Source: Geosiphon pyriformis uo1 (taxonomy: Eukaryota > Fungi > Glomeromycota). From it: a DNA stretch of 64,000 bases. The position numbers and the translations under genes are program-made. The notes beneath the pieces were generated by a model that was not told the origin of the DNA, ran no database searches, and saw only the letters and a list, made by a program, of their open reading frames with translations. The stretch lies in the NCBI GenBank assembly GCA_016748015.1, contig JAAOMT010000074.1:124001-188000 (forward strand), written 5' to 3'. Shown here piece after piece: positions 1 to 12,924 of the stretch (positions within the stretch are counted from its first letter, which is position 1; every line of letters begins with the position of its first letter).

Positions 1-147
1 GATTTTCAAGTATTTGTCAGATCTTTTAACAGAGGTTACACCTCATATTCTATCAAGATTTAATTTTCGCAATAACAAAATTTCAACGAATATAAAATCT
101 TGGCAAGATCTACATCTTCTTCTTAAGATTAAAATTATCTAGAAGGC

Positions 148-349
148 TCATTCAGTGGTTTCACTGTTCAACAAGCTGAGGTACATTGTCCAAAGGACTC
201 CAATAGAGCTAACAAAAGGAACGCGATATCGTAAAGGAAGAAATCTGAAATTAATGAGTTGTACGAGGGGCCATATCGCATAATTAGCCTTTAAAGCCGG
301 TATATATGCCTAAGATGCGAAAAATATATATTAGCCTTTTTATTTTTGC

Positions 350-419
<70 letters not shown>

Positions 420-1056
420 TATTTATTATTTATTATAATGGTTGGGAATGAGCTCTTTCAACAAAGTTTTGACTCTAAATTCTTACCTCACTAAATTTTT
501 CTTTGATCCCTTGTATTCCATTGCCTTCTAAGAGTCCGATCACACTAAAAAATACCGCTAATCCAATCGGAGCAAATGCTAATTGATCAACCACTGTTCT
601 TTTACATACAGTGCGCATCATTTGTACCCGGGACATTCCTCCAGCACTAATTCCACCTTTGACATCGATATTCATCGTTTCTTGCGGCATGGGAAATCTT
701 TTTTCCAGAAAGCTAAACCAATTATGAATAACCGGTGCAAACATAAATCCATAACCAGAAAATCTGGCAAGACGGGCGATATCGAATGCTATTGTAGTCG
801 TCGTTGTCCCCGCCTCACCACTCGGATTTGTCGAAATAAATGTTTCATGTGTTGGAGGAAGAAATAGATCCATTTCACGAGTCATTAATGGTCCCTGTTC
901 TTTGAAATTGTTTAATCTTAGGATGGTGATCGCTTGCGCAAGGATATCTGATAAAGCCGCGAGGCTTGCATTTGTTAAAGCCAACGTGATCAAGGGGTGG
1001 CTGTGATATTGAGTGCTGTAGAAACGGTTTGCAGCCACAAAGACATTAAGTGCCAT
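148..1056 (-). CDS. Mpv17/PMP22 family membrane protein (SYM1-like), 2 exons (1056-487, 309-148)
   Basis: Exon 1 has ARFSGYGF..PVIHNWFSFL and KRTVVDQLAFAP. A GT-AG intron (486-310) joins in frame to AYIPALKANYAIWPLVQLINFRFLPLRYRVPFVSSIGVLWTMYLSLLN, the typical Mpv17 C-terminus; stop TGA 150-148. Confidence 0.93.
349..434. repeat. (ATT)n microsatellite inside the Mpv17 intron
   Basis: Direct reading of a long ATT run. Confidence 0.97.
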
Positions 1057-1409
1057 TTTTGTTTAATATGAAAAAAGAAATTTGAATTCGTAATGGACAG
1101 CTCAAAAGAATCAACTTTTTTATAAAGATATTTTGTAGGGATGGCCAAATTATCGTATTGATCAATAAATATTCATCGTTATTATATCATCTTTTGATTT
1201 TAATATGCAAAATAAGCTCGCTCGATGACGTTAATATGACTTCCATGAAATGACTTATCTGATATTCGAAATTCAAAAAATTGTTACCACGTGTACTTTC
1301 GAACTCTTATGATCAGTGAAATCGATTTTTCATTAGATTACAGGATTCCCTACGATTTCTTTAACCTTTTTCTTCTAAAAGAATCTAACTCCTTTAGCTT
1401 GTTTACAAA

Positions 1410-2247
1410 ATGAGAAGAAAACAAACTTTTCGCACAACCGTTTGGGACCCTCTTCTAATCGTCGCACAGGTAAGTCATAAACATACTTTTTCTGATTTAT
1501 TACTACTTGCGACCAACCGTTTACTGAATGTTTCTCGCTTCGTACGTGTTAGATCGTTGCTTTACAAACTTTGTATTATAGTTCAATTTCTATTATCATA
1601 CTATTCACTTTATTAATAACTGGAAACGATATCTCACTAGATCACCTTCTAAATTATCGAGAATTTCGTGGAGATACGGTGTTTGGGTGGACTTTAGCAT
1701 TCGCTTGGATAGCCAACTCAGTTGTGGGGTGAGTTTTTGTATAAATAGTTTTATAGGAATAGTAAATACATGATGAAATTTTTCTTGATTTAGAAATTTT
1801 AATCTAACAAATAATTTTTTCTTCAATATTATTACCATTACCGCCCTTTCTACCTCTTCCAATTTCTTGAATGGTCATCCCATATTTAGGATATATCTTT
1901 TGTTACGTGTAGTTGAGCGCGCCAAGCAAGTCTTAGATTTTACGCTTACGCTGCATTTTTTCCATCTGCTTATTACGAGTTACTATTCCGGTCACATACC
2001 CACAACAATTATCTGGTGGGCAATAAATATTATTAATTGTTGTATAATGATTTTTGGTGGGGAGTTATATTGCATGCGAAAGGAGATGGAGCCAATCATG
2101 CTCACTAGTGATGGTAATGTCGAAAGTGGTAGTGTTGTGAGTGGTGGAGGCAGTGGTACGACTATTATAAAAAATAAAAAGAGTTTAGAAATCGATAGGG
2201 ATCGTTATGAGATGGTGGCGATGGACGAAATTGAAATAGGTGGATGA
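1410..2247 (+). CDS. SYS1: SYS1 Golgi integral membrane protein, 3 exons (1410-1469, 1553-1728, 1890-2247)
   Basis: FRTTVWDPLLIVAQ|IVALQTLYY...; VVERAKQVLDFTLTLHFFHL; GELYCMRKEMEPI match the SYS1 family; the GT-AG introns keep frame. Confidence 0.93.
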
Positions 2248-2999
2248 TGAATTAGAGAGATTCGATTGGTATTTTATGGAGTTATTTGAATATTTTTTCA
2301 ATTCGGACTATAGATTTTTGAGAGAAATGGACTCTTTACATTTTATAATTGATTTTCCAGTCAAAAACAAAACACATGGTGAATAAATTGAAATTTCAAA
2401 ATATAATTTTTGATTTACATGTTAAAACATTAGAAGATTAGAACAAACCTAAGTTGGATTATTATTAATTAGTATTTTTCGTTTTTTGTAAAAAAAGATG
2501 ACTTCAAAAATTAAATAACGGTATTTTAAATTATGGATAAGTTTTATTTAATCAAAAATTTATTTAACAAAACGGTTAAATTTTTCACATTTTTTGTGAA
2601 AACTTCTAAACAATCAAAATCATTGCAAGCTATTCGTGATAATAACTGAGAGAATGTGAAAATTTTTCTTTGAATCTATGTTTCCTATAATAAGAAAATC
2701 TATCTTTCCTATAATAAAAAAATCTAGAAAAATAAAATAAAATACTCATTCAGAATGAAACTTGATCAATGATGATTTTGAATTTGTTTAGGAAAGATCA
2801 TATCATACATTAAAAGAATGACTATAAGACAAAAGGATAGATTTTTGGGGATTTTTATCTACTCTTGTTACTTTAGTCTTTTTGCTTATGAGAAATTGAT
2901 TTGTAACTAGTTTCCCGTTTTGAGAAATAGCACAAATATGAGTTCTACCTTAAAATTAGAGGATTTAAAAAAAAATACTCTTTTTTAAAGTTCATTGTA

Positions 3000-3990
3000 T
3001 TAACATTGTCATAAATACTTATTCTGCGCGCACCATGGAAAACTTTGAAATTAAAAGAACTCGTCCAGAAGCTGATGATTGCAACAAGTGTCGAACGTGT
3101 TTAAGAGAGTATTGTCGAAGGTTGGAGGAATCGGTGCAGCGCATGTGTCTTCATATTTTTTTAAAAAACTTTATCGAGACTTTTCAAGCGGCAATAAAGA
3201 AGTTGATGAAATAATTAAGAATCGAATCTATATTCCTCATAAATGTATACGATTATATGGCAGAGTCAAATAATAAGATTGGATTCCATGGAAATTTTTA
3301 AAGAATATCAACAAAATTGATAAGGGAAGATTCGGTACAATTTATAAAGCAACAGTAATTGACGGAATTATTAATAAACATTGTATAAAACATCATGGTA
3401 AAATGGTGGTATAAAAGAAAAGGTGAGGAAGGGGGAAGAAGAAAGGTAGGAAGTAGCAATAAAATTTATAGATATCTGATGAAGGCCGGGAACTAGGAAT
3501 TACGCATACTCGATTACGGGATTGTAGATGAATTTCGCCGAACATGGATACATGCAGAAATATTTATTTTTCTAAAATAGGTATTGTATACCCCCTACAC
3601 TTGGGCAACATCTTACAATATGAAGCTTATCGGAGTCAAAACCTACAAACAATGAAACAAAAAAAGTAAAATTTGGTGTTTTCCGTACATATATTCTCAC
3701 CAGAAGTTTTAGAGAAGATACTTATAGTTTAAGATCATTATTATTATGGAAATTGGCAAATCCCTTTCAAGATTTTCCTTATAACGCCATGGTACTAGAC
3801 CTAAAATTATTTCACCCCTTTTTCTACCTTGTGTCGCCTACCGCTGAAGAAATCGGTGAGAAAAATTGGTAATAAGTTTATAAATGATAGAAGGGATCAG
3901 GGATCACAAAATTATATAAAGAAACAGCGGGAAGGCAACAAACCTTCAAAAACAAACGATAATAATTTATCCAGGAGCAGTCATGGTTGA
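3000..3990 (+). pseudogene. Decayed tyrosine-kinase-like protein kinase of the type expanded in Glomeromycotina
   Basis: Remnants FSSGNKEVDEIIK, DWIPWKFLKNINKIDKGRFGTIYKA (Gly-rich loop), GVFPYIFSPEV and C-terminal IYPGAV, broken by stops, frameshifts and deletions. Confidence 0.75.
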
Positions 3991-3999
3991 TTCATTTAA

Positions 4000-5600
4000 T
4001 TTATAAATGATTAATTTTTAATGATTAATTGATTAACTGATTAATTGGCTAACTGATTAATTGATTAATTGATTAACCGGTTAATTGATTGGTTAAATTA
4101 ATATTTTACATATTTTTATATTAAATCTTTTTTTATTATAATTTTTATTTGTATTGATTGATTGATTAATTAATTTTTTATAAAACAATAAATCTTATTT
4201 GAAATTTATTTATAATATTATAATAGTATTTATTTAATTTTTTAAATTATTCTATTGTTATTTTAAAATTAACTTAAAAGCAAATTGTGTATTAACAAAG
4301 TATGATCTTTTTATTTGATATTAAATAATTAATAAAATAAAAAAATCATATATTTTTATTTATATTAATTTTTTATTTATTAAAATACTATTTAATTAAT
4401 TAATTTATTATTATTTTAATTTTAATAAATTAAAATCATAATAAATATAATATAGATATTAAAATTTTATAAAACAATTAAATTTTAGATTTTAAAAAAC
4501 TTTGTTTAAATTTATATATATTTTTTTAATATTATAATAAAATATAATTTAATAAGTTTTACAATGTTTTTATTTTTAAAATTAAAATTATAAGTTTAAT
4601 TTACACATTTTTTTATATGTAATTAATTACTTAAATTAAAAATTAATAAATACTTATTTATTTTTCAAATTAAAAACTTTTAATATTTTAATTTTACTAA
4701 AATAATTATTAAATATTTGTTTATTTTTAATATATTTATGTAATTACTTTTTAATAATATTTTTATAATTTTTAATATTTATATTAAAATTTATTTTAAT
4801 AATTACAAAAAAAGTAATTAAATTTACTAAAAGTTTAATTTTTACTATAAATTTAACTAAAACAAATTATACAACTTAAATTTTTTTAAAAATTAAATAT
4901 ATTTTGTTAATAAAAAAAAACTGAATATTATTAAAAAACAGCAGTTTTAACATAAAATATTAAGTTAATAAATCAATTTAAAAAAACTTAAAAATTTTTT
5001 ATTAATAGTTAAAAACTGTTTTGTATTGTTTTTATCTTTTATAAAAACTTTTTAAGTATAAAAACTATTAAAAATAATAATAAAAATGTTGTTTTTTTTT
5101 TATTTTTTATTTTTTATTTTAATTATTATAAATATAAAAATAAATGTTTTATTTATTTATATTTTAAAAAAAATATATATATATAATTATATAATATTTA
5201 AACAATAATAAAATTTTTAATCAATATTATTTATTTAAAAAATCAAGTTTTATTGTTTTATTTTTAGTTTTTACTATAAATTAATATTTATATATAATTT
5301 ATATTTATATAAAATGTTAAATATGTATAAAAAACACATAATTTATATTTATGTTTAATATATAACTTATAAATAATAATTAAATTATATTTTAAACATT
5401 TTTATTATTATTAAATTTGATTATATATTAATGTAAAACTTAAATATTAATTAATTATGTAATTTTGTTAAATTTTTTAAAAATTAAAAAAAGTAATATA
5501 ATAAACAAAAAAACTATTATTTAATTTTCTTAAGTAATTTATAATAAATCATATTTATTAAATAATTTTACATATTTTTGTGAAGTATTTTATTTTATTT
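4000..5600. repeat. Extremely AT-rich eroded repeat block
   Basis: Nearly devoid of G/C; 4790-5000 aligns by eye to 14610-14830 and 43590-43780. Confidence 0.7.
4025..4096. repeat. Degenerate 8-bp tandem repeat TTAA(C/T)(C/T)G(G/A)
   Basis: Units ttaattga, ttaactga, ttaattgg and ttaaccgg read directly. Confidence 0.85.
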
Positions 5601-5674
5601 AGTAGCTTACAGCTAAAATCAAGTGTTGAATGATAAATATCCCATAATTTTACTTAGAGATTCGATCTTTTAGC

Positions 5675-6048
5675 AGGTTGATCCCGGTCCGGTCCTTTTA
5701 GCCATGTGACCAAGCATAGGACCCGGTCCTACCTAAGGATCATCCCATAAAAGAAAAATCGCAACATGACGATATCTTAAGTACCAGCTAATAGTAAACG
5801 CGAATTAAATAAGAATCAAGTTAATTACTTAATTTTATTTCATTATATGATTCATGAATCTGGCTTTTCAAATTTCCATTATCTTTTTCGTAGTTACGCT
5901 CATATTAAAACTGTTCCGATTACTATTCATCATCCTTTGGATCGGTCCCATTTTTAGGTCTCATGAACTAAGTCCTTGAATCTTGGTCCGGTCCGGTTCT
6001 GCCTAGGATGAGCGGTCTTTAGACTGGACGGACCGATTAACATCCCTA
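5675..6048. mobile_element. Possible hAT/MITE end remnant with GGTCC/GGACC subterminal repeats
   Basis: Ends in CATCCCTA (6041-6048), the reverse complement of the hAT-type terminus TAGGGATG; clustered CCGGTCCGGTCC motifs; no matching opposite end or TSD found. Confidence 0.4.
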
Positions 6049-6158
6049 GTTTTACTGATATGGCTATTTATTTATCATATTATACCATATTATATCATAT
6101 CATTTTTAACTCATTTGATTTGAAAATCATTGATCTTCAAAAAAAGTTGGAGTTGAGA

Positions 6159-6528
6159 ATGCCACTTTCTCCACTATCAAAATATCAAACCAAATGGTTT
6201 ACCTTCACCCCGGCCCTTCAACGAGCTCGAAAGCCATGGCGCACCACAAATGCCCTTGGTGGAATCATTTTATTTGGCTTCGCTGCCGCAGTCTGTATCC
6301 TTTTTATGATGAAGCCTTTTTTTAACTTGAAAGAAATTTAAGTTTAAACCAATCTGATTATTGGTAATCTTTAATTTGCCTCATCCCCTTTCTAATATAT
6401 GTTCAGACTCTTATTCAATTTTTGCAATCAAGCAAGATGATTTTAGCGATGTCCTTTTGCCACCACTACCCTCTACACCTTCATCAAACTCATCTTCCAC
6501 AGAGAATAATGACGTATCAGTGAAATGA
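6159..6528 (+). CDS. COA3: Cytochrome c oxidase assembly factor 3, 2 exons (6159-6294, 6407-6528)
   Basis: TPALQRARKPWRTTNALGGIILFGFAAAV|YSYSIFAIKQDDFSDV matches the fungal Coa3 pattern; phase-1 intron GTATCCTTT...CAG. Confidence 0.9.
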
Positions 6529-6935
6529 CTACAAATCTTGGCCAAAAAATTAATGAAATCAAGAAAATTGGAAAAGACTGGCGTATCATGAGAAAGTTGG
6601 CCAGGAATTTTCTTGGCAATCTGGGGGAATCCCAATGAAAGGGGATTCTATTTTATCTAGCTTTGAGGATCGGTTAATTATTACCAAATGCAGACCTCTT
6701 TTAAAAGAAAACAACCCAAAAATGACTAAAAAATAATATGGTGTGAGGGTCTGTGATTCTCAAGAGCCCCGCACAGATAGTTTATTTTTAGTGTACAAGT
6801 TTAATAAATAAAATCTGTATTATGTAAGGAGCGTAAATACACATTCTTAATCTATAAATTTATGAGAGCAGGGCATCTTTAATAAATCTCTTCTACATTC
6901 TACGTAATAGTCTGATTCAAAAAGCGGCCAAAAGT

Positions 6936-8993
6936 ATGAGCTGGTAAATATTTTGTTGTCTGTATCTTCACCTGAGGGAACTCTTGAACTGCCAAAAATT
7001 TAACACTACCGTTACCTTTACCAAGGAAAGGTATTGCCAAAGCCGTTGCACGTGTTCCACAACGGTTAAGAGGTGAAAGTAAGTAAAGTATTTAGGAAAC
7101 TAGTTGTCGAAAAAAGAGGTAGCCCAGTTGATATAGATATATTTTTTCCCTTTCGGTGACACCCGCCAACTTGTATGAGGGAGGACGATCGGTCGCTTAT
7201 GAGACATTTCAACATTCCCTTGTTTATAATGAAAATCAACAAGGATTCTCATTAGATTTTAGATTAAAGTAGAAATTTCAATTCATATTCATCAATTCTG
7301 TCTTTTCACCTGCGTTTAGCGACACATGATACTGAATTCGATGATATAAATGCAAGATTTGCTGAACTTGCAAAGAGGACTGAAAAATTACATACAGATG
7401 CAATCAAGTTTAGAGATGCGGTCTCGGGTACGTGAAATCAAAATTTATTCTTGATCGTTTCATTCTTTGTATAAATCTCTGATATATGCTTTGTTTTCTA
7501 GGAATGCTCAATCATCAAGCCAACTTTGCCGAAATTTTGGAAGATATTTATAACCCCGTAACTGGTGGCTTGGCTGCCGAAGTAGGGACAATACGTCGCA
7601 CGCAAACTCCTGCTCCATCGATGAAAACAGTTGGAGAGTTCTCGAAGGTTATGACAGATATTAGAGATACAATATTACCAGAATTGGTATGGAATTGCAA
7701 CACTTGTAATTTGAAATTTGGATTTTTTCAACTAGCCACTTTCTCTTATAATTCAGGAACTCATTGATCGTAAAGTAGTTCAACCAGCGAGTGATTTCTT
7801 TAACATTACTAAATTAATTACAAAGACAATTACAAAACGAGATCACAAGCGAATTGATTATGACAGACACAGGAATGCCTTAAAGAAATTAAAAGACAAA
7901 AAAGATAAATCTTTGAGTGACGAAAAGGCTCTTTATAAAGTAAGTATAATTTTCAACTTGTGAAACTTTAATTGCAAAATTTTTTAAATCATTTTTTTTT
8001 GGCTTTAAGCTCGAGGAACAAGTTGACCAATCGACTAAAGATTACGAGCATTATAATAGTTTACTTAAAAACGAGTTACCGATGTTTTTCGAGTATCGGA
8101 CACAATTTATCGAGCCCATATTTCAAGAATTTTATCATATGCAATTGAAAATTTACGGACTTTTATTAGACCGTATGGAGAAATTGGGAGCTTCTGGTTA
8201 CTTTGATATGGGCTCGGACATAATGGAGGGATTTGATACAAGGCGTGGTGATATACAAGAACAGATTGAAAGTTTAACGCTTATTGGGAGAAAAGCCAAA
8301 CTGGAACGACGCGATAGTGGTAAATTGATTATTCTCGGATTCTTTCAATGAATATCTCTTTAAAATATTCCTAATAATAGTGACTCTTCTATACAATAAT
8401 CAGATACATCATCAATCTCGGAAACAAATTCAGAAATTGCAAGAAGTCCAAGCTCCTTATCGACTACTGGGGCCTCTAGATCGCGCAGAGTTAATATCCC
8501 ACCGTTAGAAGAGAAAGATTATTACGATGAAGATGATAATCGTGATTATGAGGATGTCCCACCTGCATATACTCCCACATCCATTTCCACACCTAGTCTA
8601 CGAAATATCAATGCTGTTGGTACAAGTAGTAGCAGTAGTCGAAGCTCTCTAAACGCTATCCCTAAATTTTCAACAGCAGCAGCAGTAGCAGCTAACAAAG
8701 TACCTCCACCCCGTCCACCAACTCATACCAAACCAAGACCTTCCTTGAAATATGTAATTGCCTTGTATGATTATGAAGCTCAGGCAGACGGTGATTTGTC
8801 TTTTAAGAAGGATGATAAAATTCAAGTGGTCGAGCGGACCGAGGATGCAAATGATTGGTGGACGGGGAAATTGAATGGTGTGACTGGCGTGTTTCCAGGT
8901 TTGAACTTCACCAGAAAATATATTCATATTTGTCTATTCCATTTTCTTGCTCATTTCTTTTTTGAAACAGGAAATTACGTTGCTGAAATTTGA
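6936..8993 (+). CDS. Amphiphysin-like BAR + SH3 protein (Rvs167/Hob1-like), about 8 exons
   Basis: Micro-exon ATGAGCTG then [12 protein letters not shown]; BAR motifs [32 protein letters not shown]; C-terminal SH3 [30 protein letters not shown]|GNYV. Confidence 0.92.
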
Positions 8994-9366
8994 TCTATCT
9001 TTATCCGTTGATTTTCTTCATTAGATTGTAATTTATTTTTCGATTTTATCTTTTGATTTTGATAGACATTACTCTTTTCAAAAGAATATCAATTCACTCG
9101 AATTGTCCTTCCTTCCTTCCTTCCTTCCTTCCTTCCTTCCCCATAAGCCGGGTTCTTAAAATAGTTTTCATAAAGAAATTTCTATTAAAGATGAAGCTCC
9201 AGAAAACAGGGTATAATATTTTTAAAAAGAGCAAATTATTGGAATTACAAAGATAGATCTAGGAGAACAAGATTTTTTATGTTTATTCTAAATAGTCTAT
9301 GATTAAAAATTATAGGATATATGTAGTGATGAGTAAACTATAAATCAAGAGAAAAAAATTTCAAAT

Positions 9367-11178
9367 TCAAATTGCCATCTTATATTTTCCCTCTTCACCA
9401 TCTATTAAAGCTCGTTCTTCTTCCTCTAGCAAGAATTGATTACTATCTTCAGTTTCTTCTCCCATTGGAAAGTTATTCTCTCTAATTCCTTCGCTTTGGT
9501 CTATTATAAGATCACCTTCGGAAATTTCTTTTCGATAATGTATTCGATTATTATTAAGTGGGACATTGCTATTATTTAAAATGGCGTCGCCAGCAACACC
9601 TCCACCCGAATTTTCAACACTAATGCTTATTTTACGTGGCTCGTCTTGTGGTGAATTAGATTTATGGTAGCCATGTTCTCCATATGATGTGGAAGGACTG
9701 CTAAGCAACGGATTGGTAGCATCTTGAGCTCCCAATTCTTTTAACAAACTTGCCAATTCCATATTTGATTTCGTAACTTGACTCAAAGCTGATTTGAGTT
9801 CTTGTTTTCTTGGGAACCCGTGCATCTCATCTTTGACGAAACGTCCCAATTTGACAATAGTCTTAAAGATTGAATGAATTGAGTTAAACGTTTAGGAAAG
9901 ACTCCAAATAAGAAATGATTCGACCATCAAATGTACCTGAATAAAAGAGAACGTGTCACCCTGAAATCTAACTTGTACGCTATATTCAGCCTTAGGACTT
10001 GGTGTCCTTACTGACAGCAATGATCTTTTTAAATGTTTAGTTACATCTTTACTTGTCATTATGTTCGACATTAAATCTTTGATTTGATTTTGAGTGATTA
10101 ATCCTCTTTGTTGACTACCATCTATGGCAGAATGCTTTGATTGTTCTACAGTTTCTACCAATATTTGAAGGACATGTTCAAAAGAGGCGATGGCCACTTC
10201 TACTTTATTCATTAATTGTTCAAAAATCACTGATGGTGGCAGCGGATGAACAATATTTGTAGAAGATGGGATTGCTCCCAAATACGAAGGACTATTATTA
10301 TTTGAACGCGACAATGATCTGGCACGAAATGGTGCCGACATATTAGTGTATGGGGTGAACTCTTTTAAGAGTGGTGAGATGTTTTCCCATGCGAATTTGA
10401 TTTCCGCGATAGAGCCGTTCAGCATCAGGAGAAGGGTGCGTGAGTAACGTATATCATCAGGTGATTGAGTAAATGTTCTAAGTTGGTATTGAAGAGAAGA
10501 TATTAATGAACGAAATACCGAGATACATGATTGACAAGACTGAAGCACACATGCACATGTATCCCCATCAGGTCTTCGTGTTAACGAATCATTATCGAAT
10601 ATTTCCAAAGAATTGACCAATTCCTCAATGACCTTATTAGCGCTACGAAGTTCCTTTGCGAATATACGTTCATTTCCGGTGAAACTAGTGAACTGAGTAA
10701 CAGCTTTTAGTATTTGTGTAAGGGCATATAATATGCTCCTACTAGCTTCTCGCAGAGAAATATCGTTAGGCTGTAGATGGTCGGTAGTTGGGGACTTGAC
10801 GCGCAGAAAATAACCTTCACCACCTCGCTCAAATTCATTATTTGTACTTTGGCTACCAGAGGAATTTGAATCTTCCGAAAGATTCTTAGAATGTTTAACA
10901 AAAGGTGCTTGATAACTAATTACTGATTCATGACTTTCATTGCTGAGACTTCGATCACGTCGAGGAACCCCAAGCAAATTTGGATGACCACGTCTTTTTG
11001 CTTGCTTTAATTGTAGTTGCTCATTCTCAGTAATCGTGTTTAATGGAATTGAAGTATCTCCTGCCTGGCGACCTGTAGTGGTAGTCATAAATGTCAAATT
11101 ATCGGAGGATATTATCTTCAAAGATTTACTTGAAGGTCGATAATCTTGACTTGGAGCATCTTCGTTAGTTTCAGGCAT
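9367..11178 (-). CDS. SOG2 (RAM network) domain protein without a visible N-terminal LRR, 2 exons (11178-9937, 9861-9367)
   Basis: EASRSILYALTQI and DIRYSRTLLLMLNGSIAEIKFAW resemble the SOG2 domain; a GT-AG intron (9936-9862) joins the two ORFs in frame. Confidence 0.75.
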
Positions 11179-11600
11179 CAGTAAAGTCAGCGCAGAATCT
11201 TTTTTAGTTTAAACCCAGGTAGCGCGAATTTGTCGAGAAGTTGATCCACTAAAAATTCCCAAAAGAGGAATTGTGATCTGGGAAAGATTTTTTCCTTTCG
11301 CCGATCAGGATCCAAGTAACACCTTGGAAGTCTGCGAGTATTATCATTTATTCTGGCTGCTGCTTCTAATCAATCAACTCAAAAGTTAAATTTTTGCTCT
11401 TATTGTAACAAGAGTTTGTGAATTTCTTTGTATTTATATGTAGGCTTGATAATATTGTCTAAGAGTTGCACAAAATAAAAAAACGATAATAAAGGTTGGA
11501 TGTTTGTCGATTTATATGGCTAATGGTAACACATAATAATTAAATAATCTCTAAAAATGAATATAATAACTCCAATTCTAATGATGAATAAGTCGAATCT

Positions 11601-12924
11601 CTATGGCTGATCGGTAGTTTTCTTGACATAAATATTTCGTGCATTGTTTGGGCGACCATCTGCCAGCAACCCAGTACGCTCATTTGAAGAATCTGGTGAA
11701 ATAATAACCTCGGTATCGCCAACATAGAATGGCCCATACCCGAGACGCTTGGCCCGAAAGTGCCATGCAATACACATAATGAGGAGAATTCCTTGAAGAC
11801 ACCCCGTTACCAAAAATACGATCCAAGATGTCCAATTAGTTCCTGGCCGTATGGCTAAAGAGTATACAAACAAGAAAGATCCGGGGGTTTGCATAAGCAT
11901 CATTGGAATGCTGAGGGCACCGACAGCCTTTAACAAAAAGTAGATTTAAATTAATCCCATGTCAATATTAATATTTAATAAACAAAACAAGATTTTTGAT
12001 TATTCACCTTTCGTCGCCAAGTTCTCCATATCTGAGGTATATATTGAACCGAGGCCAACAGCATAGAAATGACCCCCAATAAATCTGCCCAATATATTGC
12101 CAATTCAGAAGTTGGCCTTGTGGCCAAGAAATACGCTGAGATTAGAGTGACCAATAGGAAATGAGTCAATACAGTAAACGTCACGCCCAAAGAAATACGC
12201 CACTCAAGGGAACGAGTTGATGGCGGATTTCCATAATGTATATGCGGTATGTATGTTGTAAGTTTACGATGCTCAGGGAAATAAAGAAGGAAAAGAATGA
12301 AACTAGAGAATTAATTGCTCTTGATCAAAGATAAATAAATTGCATTGAATTTTTAGAATTTTTAGAATTTAAATTATTTCAAAAGTTTAAATAGGATACA
12401 TTAACGTGAACATAGACCATTGCAAAGCGAGTTGAATTACCCCAAGGGTATTTTCAAAGCACTCGCCAGAGGCCTAGGAAAATCAATATAAAAGAGATTA
12501 AAAATGGGTACATCATAAAAACAAAAGTTCAACCCTTCAATCCTTTACACTTACCACATACGCACAGCATTGTATCATTTTATACTGTAAAATCACCATG
12601 TTATACAAACTTGAAGTACCTGACAGGGTGCCTAGCAACAGAAACCACGGGCTCAAGCCCTCACTACTTTTATTGCGGATAATTCTATAATGCTTTTATT
12701 GTTTTTTATTCAGAAAAAGAAATTTTCTTTAGAAGAAAATTCGTGATTCAATAGAATTCATATGGATCCGCTGTTCAGAATAACATAATAGAGAGGCACA
12801 CCTGAGGTAAGTAGCTGACCAAAAGTCCGCATGCAATAAAAATACTAATGGCGAGTTCAAGATTATTGTGACTAATATTACACTCCTTTTCAGGATCTTC
12901 GAGCTGTCGTATTGAAAATGCCAT
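11601..12924 (-). CDS. PQ-loop repeat membrane protein, 5 exons
   Basis: LVSYLPQ|HYRIIRNKSSEGLSPWFLLLG and VQYIPQIWRTWRRK|AVGALSIPMMLMQTPG give two PQ loops; the exons join in frame (12924-12802, 12692-12555, ~12473-12400, 12302-12008, 11927-11601). Confidence 0.93.

Noticed and set aside
306-494. Poly-I/L/Y/V/C ORFs (also 50152-50583, 54056-54433, 55772-56005, 61509-61905)
   Set aside because: Translations of microsatellites; no protein signal.
4000-5600. AT-rich blocks as mitochondrial or endosymbiont insertions
   Set aside because: No rRNA, tRNA or bacterial/mitochondrial ORF remnants seen; homology to local repeats explains them better.
1136-6048. TAGGGATG at 1136-1143 and CATCCCTA at 6041-6048 as TIRs of one hAT carrying SYS1
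   Set aside because: Only an 8-bp match, the flanks (ATATTTTG vs GTTTTACT) give no 8-bp TSD, and SYS1 looks like an ordinary resident gene.
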